The position numbers and the translations under genes were made by a program. The notes under the pieces are model-generated. The model made no database searches. It was not told where the DNA came from and saw only the letters and a list, made by a program, of their open reading frames with translations. Below are positions 12,790 through 25,978 of a DNA stretch of 64,000 bases, piece after piece. Position 1 is the stretch's first letter. Each line of letters opens with the position of its first letter. The stretch spans positions 5,022,001 through 5,086,000 of the forward strand of contig OZ024751.1 in NCBI GenBank assembly GCA_964016885.1. The letters are read 5' to 3'. The DNA is from Eledone cirrhosa. Taxonomy: Eukaryota.

Positions 12790-13721
12790 CCTGATGTTCT
12801 AGCATAAAATTAACCCTTAAGGAACATATGTTCAAATTTAATGGTAAAACATATGCCCAAGAGGAAGGAGTAGCCATTGGTGTTAGCATTGCAGGCGACA
12901 TAGCTAACTTATTCATGGTATGGTGGGACAGTAGACTTAAACAAAAACTTAAAGAACAATTAGAAGACAGCTTAACCCTGATAATGTACTCCCGCTACGT
13001 AGATGATATAAACATCGTAGTTAAGACACCCCCACTAAAGAACAATCAGGAACTAGAGAAAAACACAATGGAAAGCATCCAGCAAATAGCAAACTCCATC
13101 CACCAGAGCATTAGAGTTACTATAGACTACCCAAGTAGACACCCCAACCATCGATTACCTGTACTAGACACAGAGCTCTGGTTAGATACCATTAACAACC
13201 AAAAACAAATCCTCCATTCCCATTATGCCAAACCCATGACTTCCAAACATCTGATCCACCGAAACTTGGCCACTTCGGACCATACCAAAATCAACATACT
13301 GATTTCGGATTTGGTACGGGTGATGAGAAATGTGTCCCGAATGTGCAACCCCGAAGAACTAGAGAGACACATACAACACTTCATCCACCGTATGCAGTTC
13401 TCTGGCTACAATCAGAGAGATAGAATCAGAGTGTATAGAGGAGCCAGAACCAAATGGGAAAAAATGGTAAATAATGACATAAATGGGACCTGCCCCTTGT
13501 ATAGGAGCAAATTTTGGAATAGAATAGAAAGAACTAGGAACAAGGCCAATAGAATAAACTCATGGTATGATAGCAATAAATACCAGAGTGTAATGTTCAT
13601 CAATACAACACCTAGAGGCGAACTAGCCTACAAATTTAGAAGGGCCCTTAATAAACATAAACTCAATATTAAGATAGTAGAAAGACCAGGTACCTCCGTA
13701 AAAACACTTATTAGCAAGACA
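12790..13721 (+). mobile_element. Penelope-like element RT/thumb fragment (Neptune-like), cut by an assembly gap
   Basis: FKFNGKTYAQEEGVAIG, YSRYVDD, LPVLD motifs; homologous to ~18390-19290. Confidence 0.85.
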
Positions 13722-13921
13722 NNNNNNNNNNNNNNNNNNNNNNNNNNNNNNNNNNNNNNNNNNNNNNNNNNNNNNNNNNNNNNNNNNNNNNNNNNNNNNN
13801 NNNNNNNNNNNNNNNNNNNNNNNNNNNNNNNNNNNNNNNNNNNNNNNNNNNNNNNNNNNNNNNNNNNNNNNNNNNNNNNNNNNNNNNNNNNNNNNNNNNN
13901 NNNNNNNNNNNNNNNNNNNNN
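13722..13921. other. assembly gap (200 N)
   Basis: N run. Confidence 1.
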
Positions 13922-14286
13922 ATATAATATATACATATATATATATAATATATACATATATATATAATATATACATATATATATATAATATATACCTATA
14001 TATATATATAATATATACATATATATATATAATATATACATATATATATAATATATATATATATATATAATATATATATATAATATATACATATATATAT
14101 ATATATTTTATATATATTAAATATATATATATTTAATATATATTAAATATATATATATGTATATTTAATATATATATATATATAATATATATATATATAT
14201 AATATATATATATATATATAATATATATATATATATAATATATATATATATATAATATATATATATATATAATATATAATATATAT

Positions 14287-14320
<34 letters not shown>

Positions 14321-14341
14321 ATATATATATATATATAATAT

Positions 14342-14373
<32 letters not shown>

Positions 14374-14533
14374 ATATATATATATATAATATATATATAT
14401 ATATAATATATATATAATATATATATAATATATATATAATATATATATAATATATATATAATATATATATAATATATATATATATAATATATATATAATA
14501 TATATATAATATATAATATATATATAATATATA

Positions 14534-14565
<32 letters not shown>

Positions 14566-14583
14566 ATATATATATATATATAT

Positions 14584-14616
<33 letters not shown>

Positions 14617-15089
14617 ATATATATATAATATATATAATATATATATAATATATATATAATATATATATAATATATATATAATATATATAATATATATATA
14701 ATATATATATAATATATATATAATATATATATAATATATATATAATATATATATAATATATATATAATATATATATAATATATATATAATATATATATAA
14801 TATATATATAATATATATATAATATATATATAATATATATAATATATATATATATATAATATATATAATATATATATATATATAATATATATATATAATA
14901 TATATAATATATATATATATATAATATATATATATAATATATATAATATATATATATAATATACATAATATGTATATATATATAATATATATAATATATA
15001 TATAATATACATAATATATATATATATATAATATATATAATATATATATAATATACATAATATATATATATATATATAATATATATAAC

Positions 15090-15121
<32 letters not shown>

Positions 15122-15124
15122 TAT

Positions 15125-15199
<75 letters not shown>

Positions 15200-15241
15200 A
15201 ACATATATATATATATATATATAACATATATATATATATAT

Positions 15242-15302
<61 letters not shown>
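13922..15302. repeat. long interrupted (TA)n microsatellite
   Basis: ~1.4 kb of TA/TAA units. Confidence 0.98.
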
Positions 15303-15307
<5 letters not shown>

Positions 15308-16436
15308 AAGTTTGAAGAGTAACATGGTTGGCTGTATAACAATGGGCTCTATTTCAGGTATTAACAATTGTTTCATTGAGTCTAGAGGCCGCTAATCGCT
15401 CGAAGTTGCGTCACTCGATCTCCAATACATTATTTACCTCTGATCAGATTCTCAGAATACAAAGTATTCATACAAGGCATGATATATATAGAGAAATAGA
15501 ATAGAATCAAAACAATAACATCAATAATAAAATATAATGATAAATTTGGTAAAGAAATTACAGATGGAAAAACTAAAAGGTAAGAAAAAAGATACAATAA
15601 AAACGTAAGAAAAATTTAAAAAATAATAAAAATTTTAAAGAATTAAAGATAAGTGAGAGCATATAAGTACAGAATACGATAGTTGATAATAATGGTGGAG
15701 GTGAGTAAGTGTCTGTATAAGGATGCTGGGATGGATGTAGTGCTAACACGAAAAGTCATATTCGAAACATACATAGAGGTAGTAACAAATGACAGATAAA
15801 GAAAAAGCAATAAATTAGAAATTAAGTGGGAGATACTAGTATGAGACCCAAGGGCGAAGGATGGATGGTGAAAGGGGGTTTTGATATGTGTGTGTGTGGT
15901 AAATGTTTTGCTGATTGTCTTGTCTTAATGGGGTTGATATGGTTTCAGGGAGAGATGGTGAAAGAGATGTTAAGAGATTTATGATCTAGTGACCAGTCAG
16001 CTAATAGGGTGTGATGGTATGTATTCCGTACGTTAAAATCCAGGTGGTTCAGTTCTAATTTTGGGATTGCTGGGTCGAATCACGGTGGTTTGAAATTTAT
16101 GAACTTGGTAGCTATTTTGTGCCTACAGAAAATTGATCTTTGTATTTTGCTGTTAAGCAACATCTTATCGTACCTTAAAATATGGAATAGCTCCAGATTG
16201 CAAAGTCTGCAGTGGGACATTCCATTGTTGTAGGCCCTTCCTCTCGATAATTTTGACCAGCTAATCCTATATTCCTGGTTTGTGTTTTTAAGCTGCCAGA
16301 TTTTATTGGCGAGCGTTGTAGAGTTCTCCAGTCTACGGTTCTTCATGGAGTGTCTGTGAACGTACCATCTGTTTTTGAACTCCCAGCCGTGGAACCTATG
16401 TAGTGCCATGTAAAGTTGCCTTAATTTATAGTACAC
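15303..16436 (-). mobile_element. Penelope-like (Naiad-type) 3' fragment: GIY-YIG C-terminus + 3' UTR
   Basis: YIGST (frameshifted), EFKNRWYVH, STTLANKIWQLK, CRLCNLE, CRHK in 16080-16436. Confidence 0.75.
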
Positions 16437-18803
16437 AGGTACAACTGTGTTTCCTTCAAAACATACACAACAAACATATCAAAACAAGTAAATAATTTAT
16501 TATTAAACAAAACACAAGCTGAACTACTAAAACACACATTAACAGTCAATATGAAAAGAATAACATAAACAAAAATTAACGAACTTTAGAAACAGAAACG
16601 CATTAACGTTAAGGAAGTTCAAAATATCACCACACCAAACGAGATAGCTGAACTCATGAGCGTCCTACGACGTGAAACGAAATACCCAAATTTGCTCTCT
16701 ACAAAAAGATAAATCCAATCGAGTGTAAAACGGGGCTGGAAAAGTGTTTCACAAAAATAAGTTGGAATAGGAAAATAAACAACAACAACTATACGGACAA
16801 CAACAACAATAATAACGATAGTAGTAATATAAACAATAACTCTGAGTATAGAAATAACAGCTATAATAGTAATAGTCATAACAATAACAATAGCAGGAGA
16901 GTGAGAAATCGTAATAATAATAGTGGTAATAATGTTAACGATAGACAGAACAACAACCACAGTGGTAATAATGGAAATAATACGTGTAACAACAACAACA
17001 ACAACCACAGTAGTAATAATGGAAATAATACGTGTAGCAACATTAATGATAGATAAAACAACAAAAACAACCACAACAACAAAAACAAGAAACATAATAA
17101 AAGTAACAACCACAATGGTAGAAATAAGAGTAACAACAACAATAACAATAGAGAAAACAACAATACATCTAACAATCATAACAACAATACATCTAGCAAT
17201 CATAACAATAATAATAATGTTAATGGTAGGAACAACAACAACCACCATAATAACAATAATAGCAACACACACAATTATGACGATAGACATAATGACAACC
17301 CCTTAGAGAAACTATTCTTCAATCCAGCTGACAAAATATATAAGATGGGTAATATCCATCCTTCGAGGTTACCCTTTAATAAAAGGGTTTGTATACCACA
17401 ACAAATAGATGACGAGACAGAGGCACAGTTCACAATAGCTAGAAATAAGATTAGACAAATAGTAGACCGATATACTAAGAGACAGAGCAGACCAGACCAG
17501 AGGTCCAACAACTTGGGAGGAAAAATGTAGAAGGCTTAGTTAGCCTCAAGCAGCGCACAAGGGATTGTGAGGTAGTATGTCTACCCACAGATAAACCTGG
17601 TAGGATGTCGATAGACAGCATTGCGAACTACATCAAGGCTATGCAACCCACATTACCAAAACGAGCAAAATTACATAGCAAATACATGAGGGGATAGGGA
17701 GAAGATCCTCAACGCTCACATGATGATGTGGACCGACATCCTAAAGCCAAGCAGACGCACTGCCAACAACTTCCAGGCGTCTAACAATGGCATACCACCC
17801 TTGTATGGGCTCCGCAAAGACCACAAGACAGTCGACGACCCAACGACAGGACCACCAACAAGACCTGTATGCGGAGCCAATATCGCTAGCAACTACAGGA
17901 TATTCTACTTCCTCTCAATGGTTATACGCTCCATAATCAAGATGTCCCCAAATGTATGTGACAGTACAGATGACCTCCTCAGCAGAATCAATAAATGCAA
18001 CAAAAACAAAAACCTATCTAACTGCATAATGGGAAGTATGAACTTGGTATCACGGTACCCATCCATTAACATTGATTTTGCTGTGGAAAAATGTGTGGAG
18101 ATGATCAGTGAGAGTGAGGTGGAGTTCTGCGACGTCGACACAGACGAACTGGGCCTCCTACTTAGACTTACCTATAACACTAACTACCTAGACAGCCATG
18201 ACCTTAGCCGTTTCTGCCCCAGTAGACCCATAAGATGTAGACCCCCCCCACCATAACCTCAATGGAAAAAAGACTCTCATGGGAAGGTGGATTGGGTGGA
18301 CCAAAGCCATACGGACCCCCCAAAACAATGATCAGGTAAGAAAAATGGTCGCAGATGCAATAGGGGCTAGTATTAAAACTACCCTAAAGGGCCATATTCA
18401 AATTCAACGAGAAGATCTACACTCAAAATGAGGGAGCAGCTATTGGCGTCAGCATAGCTGGTGACGTAGCCAACCTTTTTATGGTATGGTGGGAAAGGAG
18501 ACTCAAAGATCTCCTTGATGAGAGCTCCATAGACCTCATCATGTACTCTCGTTACGTAGACGACATTAATTTAGTAATAAGGACCCCCCCCCCCCACAAG
18601 AGAGTACTAACAAGTATGATTTAGAATGTAGCACAATGGAAAGCATCCAGCAGATAGCTAATTCCATACACCAGAGTATAACCGTAACTATCGACTACCC
18701 TTCCAAACACCCTAACAATAGACTACCTGTATTAGACACGGGACTCTGGATTAACACTATAGACGAGAGGGCCTAAATTCTCCACTCACACTACGCTAAA
18801 CCC

Positions 18804-19715
18804 ATGGCCTCCAAATACCTGATACTCAAAAACTCAGCAATGTCCAGTAGTTCTAAGTTTAATATTCTGATCGCAGACTTGGTACGAGTGATGAAGAACG
18901 TGTCCCGCATGTGCGACCCAACAGAAATGGAAAGACACATCCAACACTTCATCAACCGCATGCAGTTCTCTGGCTACAACCAAAGAGACAGAGTTAGAGT
19001 ATACGAAGCAGCCATGGAGAAGTATAAGACCCTCATAGAACTGGACATGAAAGGAATTTGCCCATTATACAGGAGCAAATCATGGAATAGCTTAGATAGG
19101 ACTAGACATAAGATAGAGAAAGCCACCTCATGGTACGACAACCAGAGATACCAGAGTGTCATATTTGTGGACGCTACCCCTGGAGGGAAATTAGCTAACC
19201 AGTGTAGAAAGGCCCTGAGAAAGACCCACTTAAAGATTAAGGTGGTAGAAAAGCCAGGAACCACCATAAAATCCCTGATCAGCAAAACATACCCTTTTAA
19301 GAAAACCCACTGTACTAATAGGAAATGTATTATATATAAAGTTATACCCTGGATAAACTGTAAAACTAGAAACGTAGTCTATAGCATAAGATGTACAGAG
19401 GGTACTTGCAGAAACATGACAACAACATACATAGGCGAGACAGCTCGTAGCATAGGTGAAAGGATAGACCAACACTGGGGTGAACTAAAAGGACGAAAAA
19501 GCGGTTCAGTACTATACGAACATGCCAGACAACAACATGACGGTAACATAAACAACATAGAAATTAAAATAATATCTAAACATAGAAATGACCCAGCAGA
19601 TAGGCAAATCAGAGAGGCCAGTGAAATAGAACTTAGAAGGCCAAAGCTAAACAGAAAAAATGAATGGAATATCAACAACACCCAAACAAACAATACTGAC
19701 CTAAGAGAAGTATAA
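18804..19715 (+). pseudogene. PLE thumb + GIY-YIG endonuclease open segment
   Basis: NVVYSIRC..YIGETARSIGERIDQH..RQIREASEI..PKLNRKNEW. Confidence 0.85.
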
Positions 19716-19945
19716 ATAAATAAATATATACACAAGCACAATAACAACAAACACATATAAACACACACTAGTAAACTAAGATAGAATACAATAACCAAAA
19801 CACAGTCACCCAAACGTGAACACACACCAAACACTATACACACACGGAAACGCATGCGCAGAGAAGAAGACAAAAATAAATAAATAAATAAACAGATTAA
19901 ATAAAAATGGCGTAGATATACAATACAACAGGGGGAACATAATAG

Positions 19946-19990
19946 CACCACTGACGATGTTGCAGATGTGCAATGAAAGAACTTTGTTAG
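19946..19990 (+). ncRNA. degenerate hammerhead in PLE 3' pseudo-LTR
   Basis: CTGACGA(19951-57)-T-GTTGCA gatg TGCAAT-GAAA; stem I eroded; the paralog at ~29661-29671 stops at taccactgatg. Confidence 0.5.
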
Positions 19991-20295
19991 ACTATATATA
20001 TATGTGTTTGTGTCTACATTGTATCTGTATTTTTGACCGTTGGTCAGTCAATGGCAACATTGAGGACCGAATGAATTAACTGATACAAAGGTTACAGAAG
20101 CGAAAACCAACCAAACAGTGAGTGTGTTCTGTTATTATTTCTGGCAGTATTATTACAACAATATGACCCTCTCCAAGTACAATAATATTTGTTTCGACAC
20201 ACGATTTCATATCAAAAACCTCGCAAAACAAATATATATATATATAACTGTATATATGTATATATATATGTATATATATATGTATATATATGTAA

Positions 20296-20355
<60 letters not shown>

Positions 20356-20359
20356 GTAA

Positions 20360-20452
<93 letters not shown>

Positions 20453-20964
20453 TATATATATACATATATATGTATATAATTAGACATAGTCACAGATACA
20501 TATATGAGTTTGGCTACCTTTCACGGTGTGGCTCAATGAAGAATTAATTAAGCAAATAATCATTAATCAGAGCTATATATAAAATTGCAAGTTTGAAGAA
20601 TTATTAGATAAAATATATACAGTATTTCCTCTGCCTAGTCAGTAGAAATCAACCACATAAATAATCATTTAAACGAGGCTAAAAGTTTAAAATGTAACTA
20701 TGAAGAAAGAATAGACATGATACAGACTATCTTCCGCGAGGGACAGCCAGATAAAATTATTTCTTTTAGTCCGTAGAAATTGACTAGACAAATAACCAAC
20801 TACACGGAGTTTAAATGATTTTTTATGTGGTTAATTCATACGGACTAGGAAGAGGAAATACTGTATATATTTTATCTAATAGTTCTTCAAACTTACAATT
20901 TTGTACATACATACATACATACATACATACATACATACATACATACATACATACATACATACAT

Positions 20965-21010
<46 letters not shown>

Positions 21011-21015
<5 letters not shown>

Positions 21016-22112
21016 AACGAGTAGGACCCCGACGACTGAGCTCAAGCCGTTTCGACGGCTAATTCTGGACTAGATGAAAATTTTTATCCTGGTATATGAA
21101 TAGCCGAGCTTCTCAGGGGGTAATTCCATATATGGTAAAAGTGATTGTCACAAGGATTGGTCAAACGTTTGTTGTTGAGACACATAATTCTATCATGGCA
21201 ATTTGTGGAAGGAAGGGGTAGCTGAACCTGCCAGTAGAAGAAAGAGGGAGAGGGGGTGGAGGAAACCCAGTCGTGCGTTGATAGTGCCAACTACAGCAGG
21301 GCAGGAGGTCAAGCAAGTATACTAGGGAGAGGGAGGGGGAGGAAGTCGAAACAATAAGTAAAACAATATGGGGTAAATATATAGAAGGATACCGAGAATG
21401 TTAAAAAAAAACAATTAAATCTAAAAAAAAATTTCTGGTTACTATTCCCTAACGACAGCCATCAAGTCTCTCACTGGTACTGCTAGACTATAGAAAAGTT
21501 TACTAGGTGGGACGGAATTATAATGAGACCCTTTTAAGAGGTAGTAGTAATCAACCGAGTATATCTTACGGTGACGGGTCAACAAGTGGGGGGCCAAAAT
21601 ACTAAAGAAACTACCACGAAATAATAATTCAGAGTCCCGAAACTAATACGAAATAATTGTTTCTACCCTAGGCACAAGACCAGCAACCACCCAGTGCAAA
21701 AAATAAACTAATACGAAATAATAATTCAGAATCCCGAAAAAGAATACTAATACTATTTCTAAGGGTGCCGCTACGATACAAAAATTCTAGTGCAAACTAC
21801 ATAAATGCTCGTACGAAGTATATGAAAAACTTCCTTCCACAAATTGCCATGATAGAATTATGTGTCTCAACAACAAACTTTTGACCAATATTTGTGACAA
21901 TCACTTTTACCATATATGGAATTACCCCCTGAGAAGCTCGGCTATTCATATACCAGGATAAAAATGTTCATTTAGTCCAGAATTAGCCGTCGAAACGGCT
22001 TGAGCTCAGCCGTCGGGGTCCTACTCGTTCCTATTACCCACTGTACTACCCTAAGTATTGAGTACTTTGGTGCGTTATGGTCCACCTGGTTCCTTACCAC
22101 ATTTCCTTCGTT
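21011..22112. mobile_element. fold-back relic with ~205-bp inverted arms (21011-21215 / 21830-22034), each carrying an HHR-like fold
   Basis: Arms are reverse complements with few mismatches; flanked by (TA)n. Confidence 0.85.
21924..22019 (+). ncRNA. type I hammerhead-like fold, G8A core (CUGAGAA)
   Basis: Stem I ACCCC/GGGGT; stem II CGGCTA/TAGCCG; GAAA 21992-95; stem III ACGGCT/AGCCGT; GUC at 22012-14; mirror copy at 21026-21121 (-). Confidence 0.65.
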
Positions 22113-22655
22113 ATATATATATATGTGTGTGTGTGTTCAGAAGTGATTGTTTTGGTAACAACAGGAGCAAGCAGGCGAAAGCTCTCAACAATCGCAGTTT
22201 CTAGTTACGATGGAGATTTTTATAAAAATAACAAAATAAGATGCTCTGGTTACATAAATCGTTTAATCATCTATATATCTAAAACAGAGAATGTCTGACC
22301 CCCTAAAACTCGAGAACCACCCAACCAATTGTTTTCAAACTTTACACATGTAATACTTATGGTCCTGTGAGTGTTTTGAGCAAAAACCGCCTCAAATTTT
22401 CCATGCCCTAGGGAACGCATTAGACGATTTAGCGATCTCTCTATATAATTCTTAGTCTTTCTTTTTAGATAGATACATAGATATAACGTTGTGCCCTTAT
22501 AATATCTGTCCGTATGTCTGGCTGTCTGCATTACGACATTATGACGCTATATGTGTGTTTGTGTATATATGTATATAGTGTGTGTGTATATATATATATA
22601 TAGTGTGTAACGTTTTTCGAAATATTTACTTCTGCGTTCACAGATTGATTTTTTT

Positions 22656-22706
22656 AGTTTCAGAAGATCCCGTTAAGGGTGAAAGCAGCGATTCTTTGCT
22701 TAAATT
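22656..22706 (+). ncRNA. hammerhead-like motif in 5' pseudo-LTR (CAGAAGA core); second copy at 25813-25863
   Basis: AGTTT-CAGAAGA-tCCC gttaa GGGt-GAAA-GCA..TGC-TT-AAATT (GAACT in copy 2). Confidence 0.5.
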
Positions 22707-25491
22707 TGAATCAGTTATTCATGCAGAAACAACATCTGAATATTTCTACAAAGAACTTACCCGTACCAAGCAGGAAAACATACCTAAAACTCCTGATACA
22801 GAAAACAGAAGCGTTCATTAAAAGGTTGCGTTGGCGTGCCTTTTTCTTCGATAATCAGCGAAAAGCAGACAACAAACAGGATAAATTTAGGTTTGAAACC
22901 TATAATAACCCTCCGTGAAACCCAGCATTGCTACCCTTTGAAAATGATGTCTTGGAACTCATACGGAGTATCAAATTTCGGAATAGGAGCAATTCCTTCC
23001 AGCAGGACTTGAAGAATAGAATTCGTTCTATTAAGGATTCTAATGCCGTGCACGTCCATTCCGACAAAACTGGCAACCTATATCAAGTGGAGCGCAGTAT
23101 TTACCATAAACTACTACATAATGCTGTAACTAAGGATTACCGTAAAACTAATCGGTGCGTCATCAATGAAATCAACGATGCTGGGTTTAAAATCACCTCT
23201 GATCTCAACATCCTGGACCGGACCGAACCTCTGGACCCTATTTCTCCCCACTTTACACTGAAGGATCACAAATTCAATTTTCCGAACAACCCCTCTATTC
23301 GGCTTATTAACCCTACGAAGTCCGATTTAGGTAGACTTAGTAAAAGGATTCTTGATAGAATTATACCTGAAATTAGAAGTTAGCCCTCTTGCACTGTGGA
23401 ACAATTCTTTCACGGTGATTGATTGGTTCAACGGCATATGCAACAAGGAACATTGCCGTTTTATCCAATTTGACATCAATAATTACTACTCCTCCATCAC
23501 TTTACCACTTCTCCTTAGAGCTATCAATTTCGCTAAAACACTCACAGTGGTTAAGGATTTCGAAATTGATGTCATCCTCAATGCCCGTAAGACGGTGATT
23601 AATTTCGACGACTCTATTTGGATTAAAAAAAACTAATAGTACCCCATTCGACGTGAGTATGGGCGCCAGCGATTCTGCGGAGGTTACTGATCTTATCGGC
23701 CTTTTCCTTCTTTTCTCTATCAAGGACGAATTCCCCAACGTGGGTGGTGGTTTGTACCGTGATGATGGTCTTTTGACCATGTCTAAGTGAGGCCCACGTG
23801 CTTGCAACAGGTTCAGAAAAGAACTCACAGCATTCTTTAAAGGCTTCAACCTCTCTATACAGGTTGAGGCCAACCTCTCGGTCGTTAATTACCTCGACGT
23901 TACCCTCAATTTATCGAATGGCTTGTATTACCCGTATAGAAAGCCGAATGATACGCTTAATTACATAAGTAAGCATTCTAACCATCCTGCCAGCATAACC
24001 AAGAACCTGGTAAGAAACGTTTCTTTGAGGCTTTCCCGTCTATCTACTAACGAGCATATTTTCAACGACCATTCCACATATTACAATGAAGCTCTTGCTC
24101 AGAGTGGATTTGTCGATAAGGTAGCATAAACAGAGTACGAGAATAAACCTAGAAGAAATAGATCCCGACGCATTATATGGTATAACCCACCATATAATAT
24201 GGAGGTGGCTACACCATTAGCTAAGATCTTTCTATCCCTTATTACGAAGCATTTTCCCCCTACACATAAACATAGTAACATTTTTAATAGAAATACTATT
24301 AAAATTTCTTACTCTACGACTCCTAACCTTGCACATAATATCACAGCTTCAAATTTAGCTAAACTACTTAGCCGTAGAACATGTGCAACCCTGTAGTTAG
24401 TACTAACGATAATTGTAGGAATCGGGTTGTTTGCCCCCTATCCGGGAAATGCCTCTCTAGTAACATTGTCTACAAATGTAAGGTTGAAACACACACGTCC
24501 CGTAGGGCCTACATATTGTTAACCGCCAATAGATTCAAGCAACGTCTTTACATACATACCCATTCTTTGTTACCCTATAAGAAGGAATATGACGTCACTT
24601 TCAGCTTATATCTGGAGTCTAAAAGATAACCACACCCAATATAAGTTACACTGGGAGATCCTAGCTAGGGCTAGATCGTATAACGGAAATAAAAGACCAT
24701 GTGACCTCTGCGCCGCTGAGGCCCTGGAAATACTCTACGCCACAGACCACATCTTAAACAAAACATCTGAGGCAATTTCGGCTTGTAAACACAAATTACA
24801 CAAAACTTTCCTGTATTACAGCCCCACATTATACCCTAACGGATTGTACGATCTATACGCGGATATTTTACGTCTTGATGTGGTAGCTAAGTATATGTTA
24901 TGTTTATACCATTACTTATTTGCATAGGTAAGTATATATTACCTGTATGTTTTGTGAAGGTACGTATACTTTCTCGTACTTATATTTGATTGTATATGTT
25001 ATGGCGGGTATTTTATATATTCTGGTACATATGCTTTTGGTTATGCGTATACGTGAGTTTTGTGTCTGTGTGAGTATGCGGGTTCGTACATATGTAGGGT
25101 GAGTGTATATGTGTACTTCGTGTTTTGGTTGACGTGCGTCTCCGAATATATGTGTATTTACATGTAGGTATGTGTGTGCGCTTGTTATATACGTATTTAT
25201 TTATTTATATACGTTTATTTAATTGTTTGTATACACGCACACACACACACATATTTATATGTGCGTGTATTTGTATACCTATGGCGAGTATTTTCGCGTA
25301 TGCTTGTGTATGTATGTATATGGATGCGTCTATGTATTTATTTAATTTCAATTACCTCTGTATTTTATTTACTTTATTCTTAACTCTGAAGCCGAGAATC
25401 ATTCGGTTTCCTAGTTAGAATTTTAATCTACGACTTCAGTTATACCATAACTGGTTTTGTCTTTGCGTGTAATTGTTTTTCACCGCTTCAA

Positions 25492-25660
25492 ATAATTGTT
25501 TCTACTTTAGGCACAAGGCCAGCAATTACCCAGTGCATTACTGGTACTTTATTTTATCGACCCCGTAAGGATGAAAGGCAAAGTCAACCTCGGCGGGATT
25601 TGAACTCAGATCGTAAAGGGACGTAACTATGCTGGAAAGCATGGCGCCCGACCCTCTACA
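25492..25660 (-). mobile_element. tRNA-derived SINE fragment
   Basis: B-box GAGTTCAAATCCCG on the minus strand (~25593-25608) followed by a SINE-like body; short related piece at ~21651-21700. Confidence 0.7.
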
Positions 25661-25886
25661 GATACTGCCAATCCACAATGACGTATTATATTCATTTTTT
25701 CCCGTTCTTTGCCAGGGAACGTTTTCACGAACCAAAGTATCGTCTTCCTGTCTTCCTCCGGTTGCAACGTTTTTTGAAATAGTCACTTCTGCGTTCACAG
25801 ATTGACTTTATTAGTTTCAGAAGATCCCGTTAATGGTGAAAGCAGCGATTCTTTGCTTGAACTTTAATCTGTTATTTTAATAAATA

Positions 25887-25976
<90 letters not shown>

Positions 25977-25978
<2 letters not shown>

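Larger units (their letters stand above)
16560..19990 (+). mobile_element. Penelope-like element (Neptune-like), near full length, degenerate
   Basis: LYGLRKDHK..TRPVCG (17720-18256), YSRYVDD (~18541-18565), Cys linker and VVYSIRC..YIGETARS GIY-YIG (18804-19715). Confidence 0.88.
22609..25878 (+). mobile_element. Penelope-like element (Naiad/Chlamys type), full-length degenerate, with ~110-bp direct terminal repeats (pseudo-LTRs)
   Basis: STKNLPVP..IKRLRWRAFFF, DKTGNLY, LKDHK..IRLINP, QFDINNYY, LYRDDGL, CPLSGKC, CDLC..CKHK; 22609-22720 repeated at 25766-25878. Confidence 0.88.

Noticed and set aside
13922-15376. Long YI-rich ORFs (also HT/CV-rich ORFs at 30.5-34.1 kb and 57.5-63.6 kb)
   Set aside because: Translations of (TA)n/(CA)n microsatellites
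15357-15440. Possible minus-strand HHR (GAAA-CAAUUG-UU, long stem II)
   Set aside because: Core reads AUAAUGU and stem I is poor; too degenerate to call
16619-17306. Hydrophobic Val/Ile or Leu-rich 'membrane protein' ORFs
   Set aside because: Alternative frames of the AAC/AAT-rich tract
22145-22193. Possible HHR relic (GATTGTT/AACAATC stem, GAAA-GCTC-TC)
   Set aside because: Core TTGGTAA and no stem II; not supportable
22916-23790. In-frame TGA codons in the Naiad-type PLE as selenocysteine (reported for some Naiads)
   Set aside because: They are not at evident Cys positions, the element also has frameshifts and other stops, and no SECIS was recognised; decay is simpler
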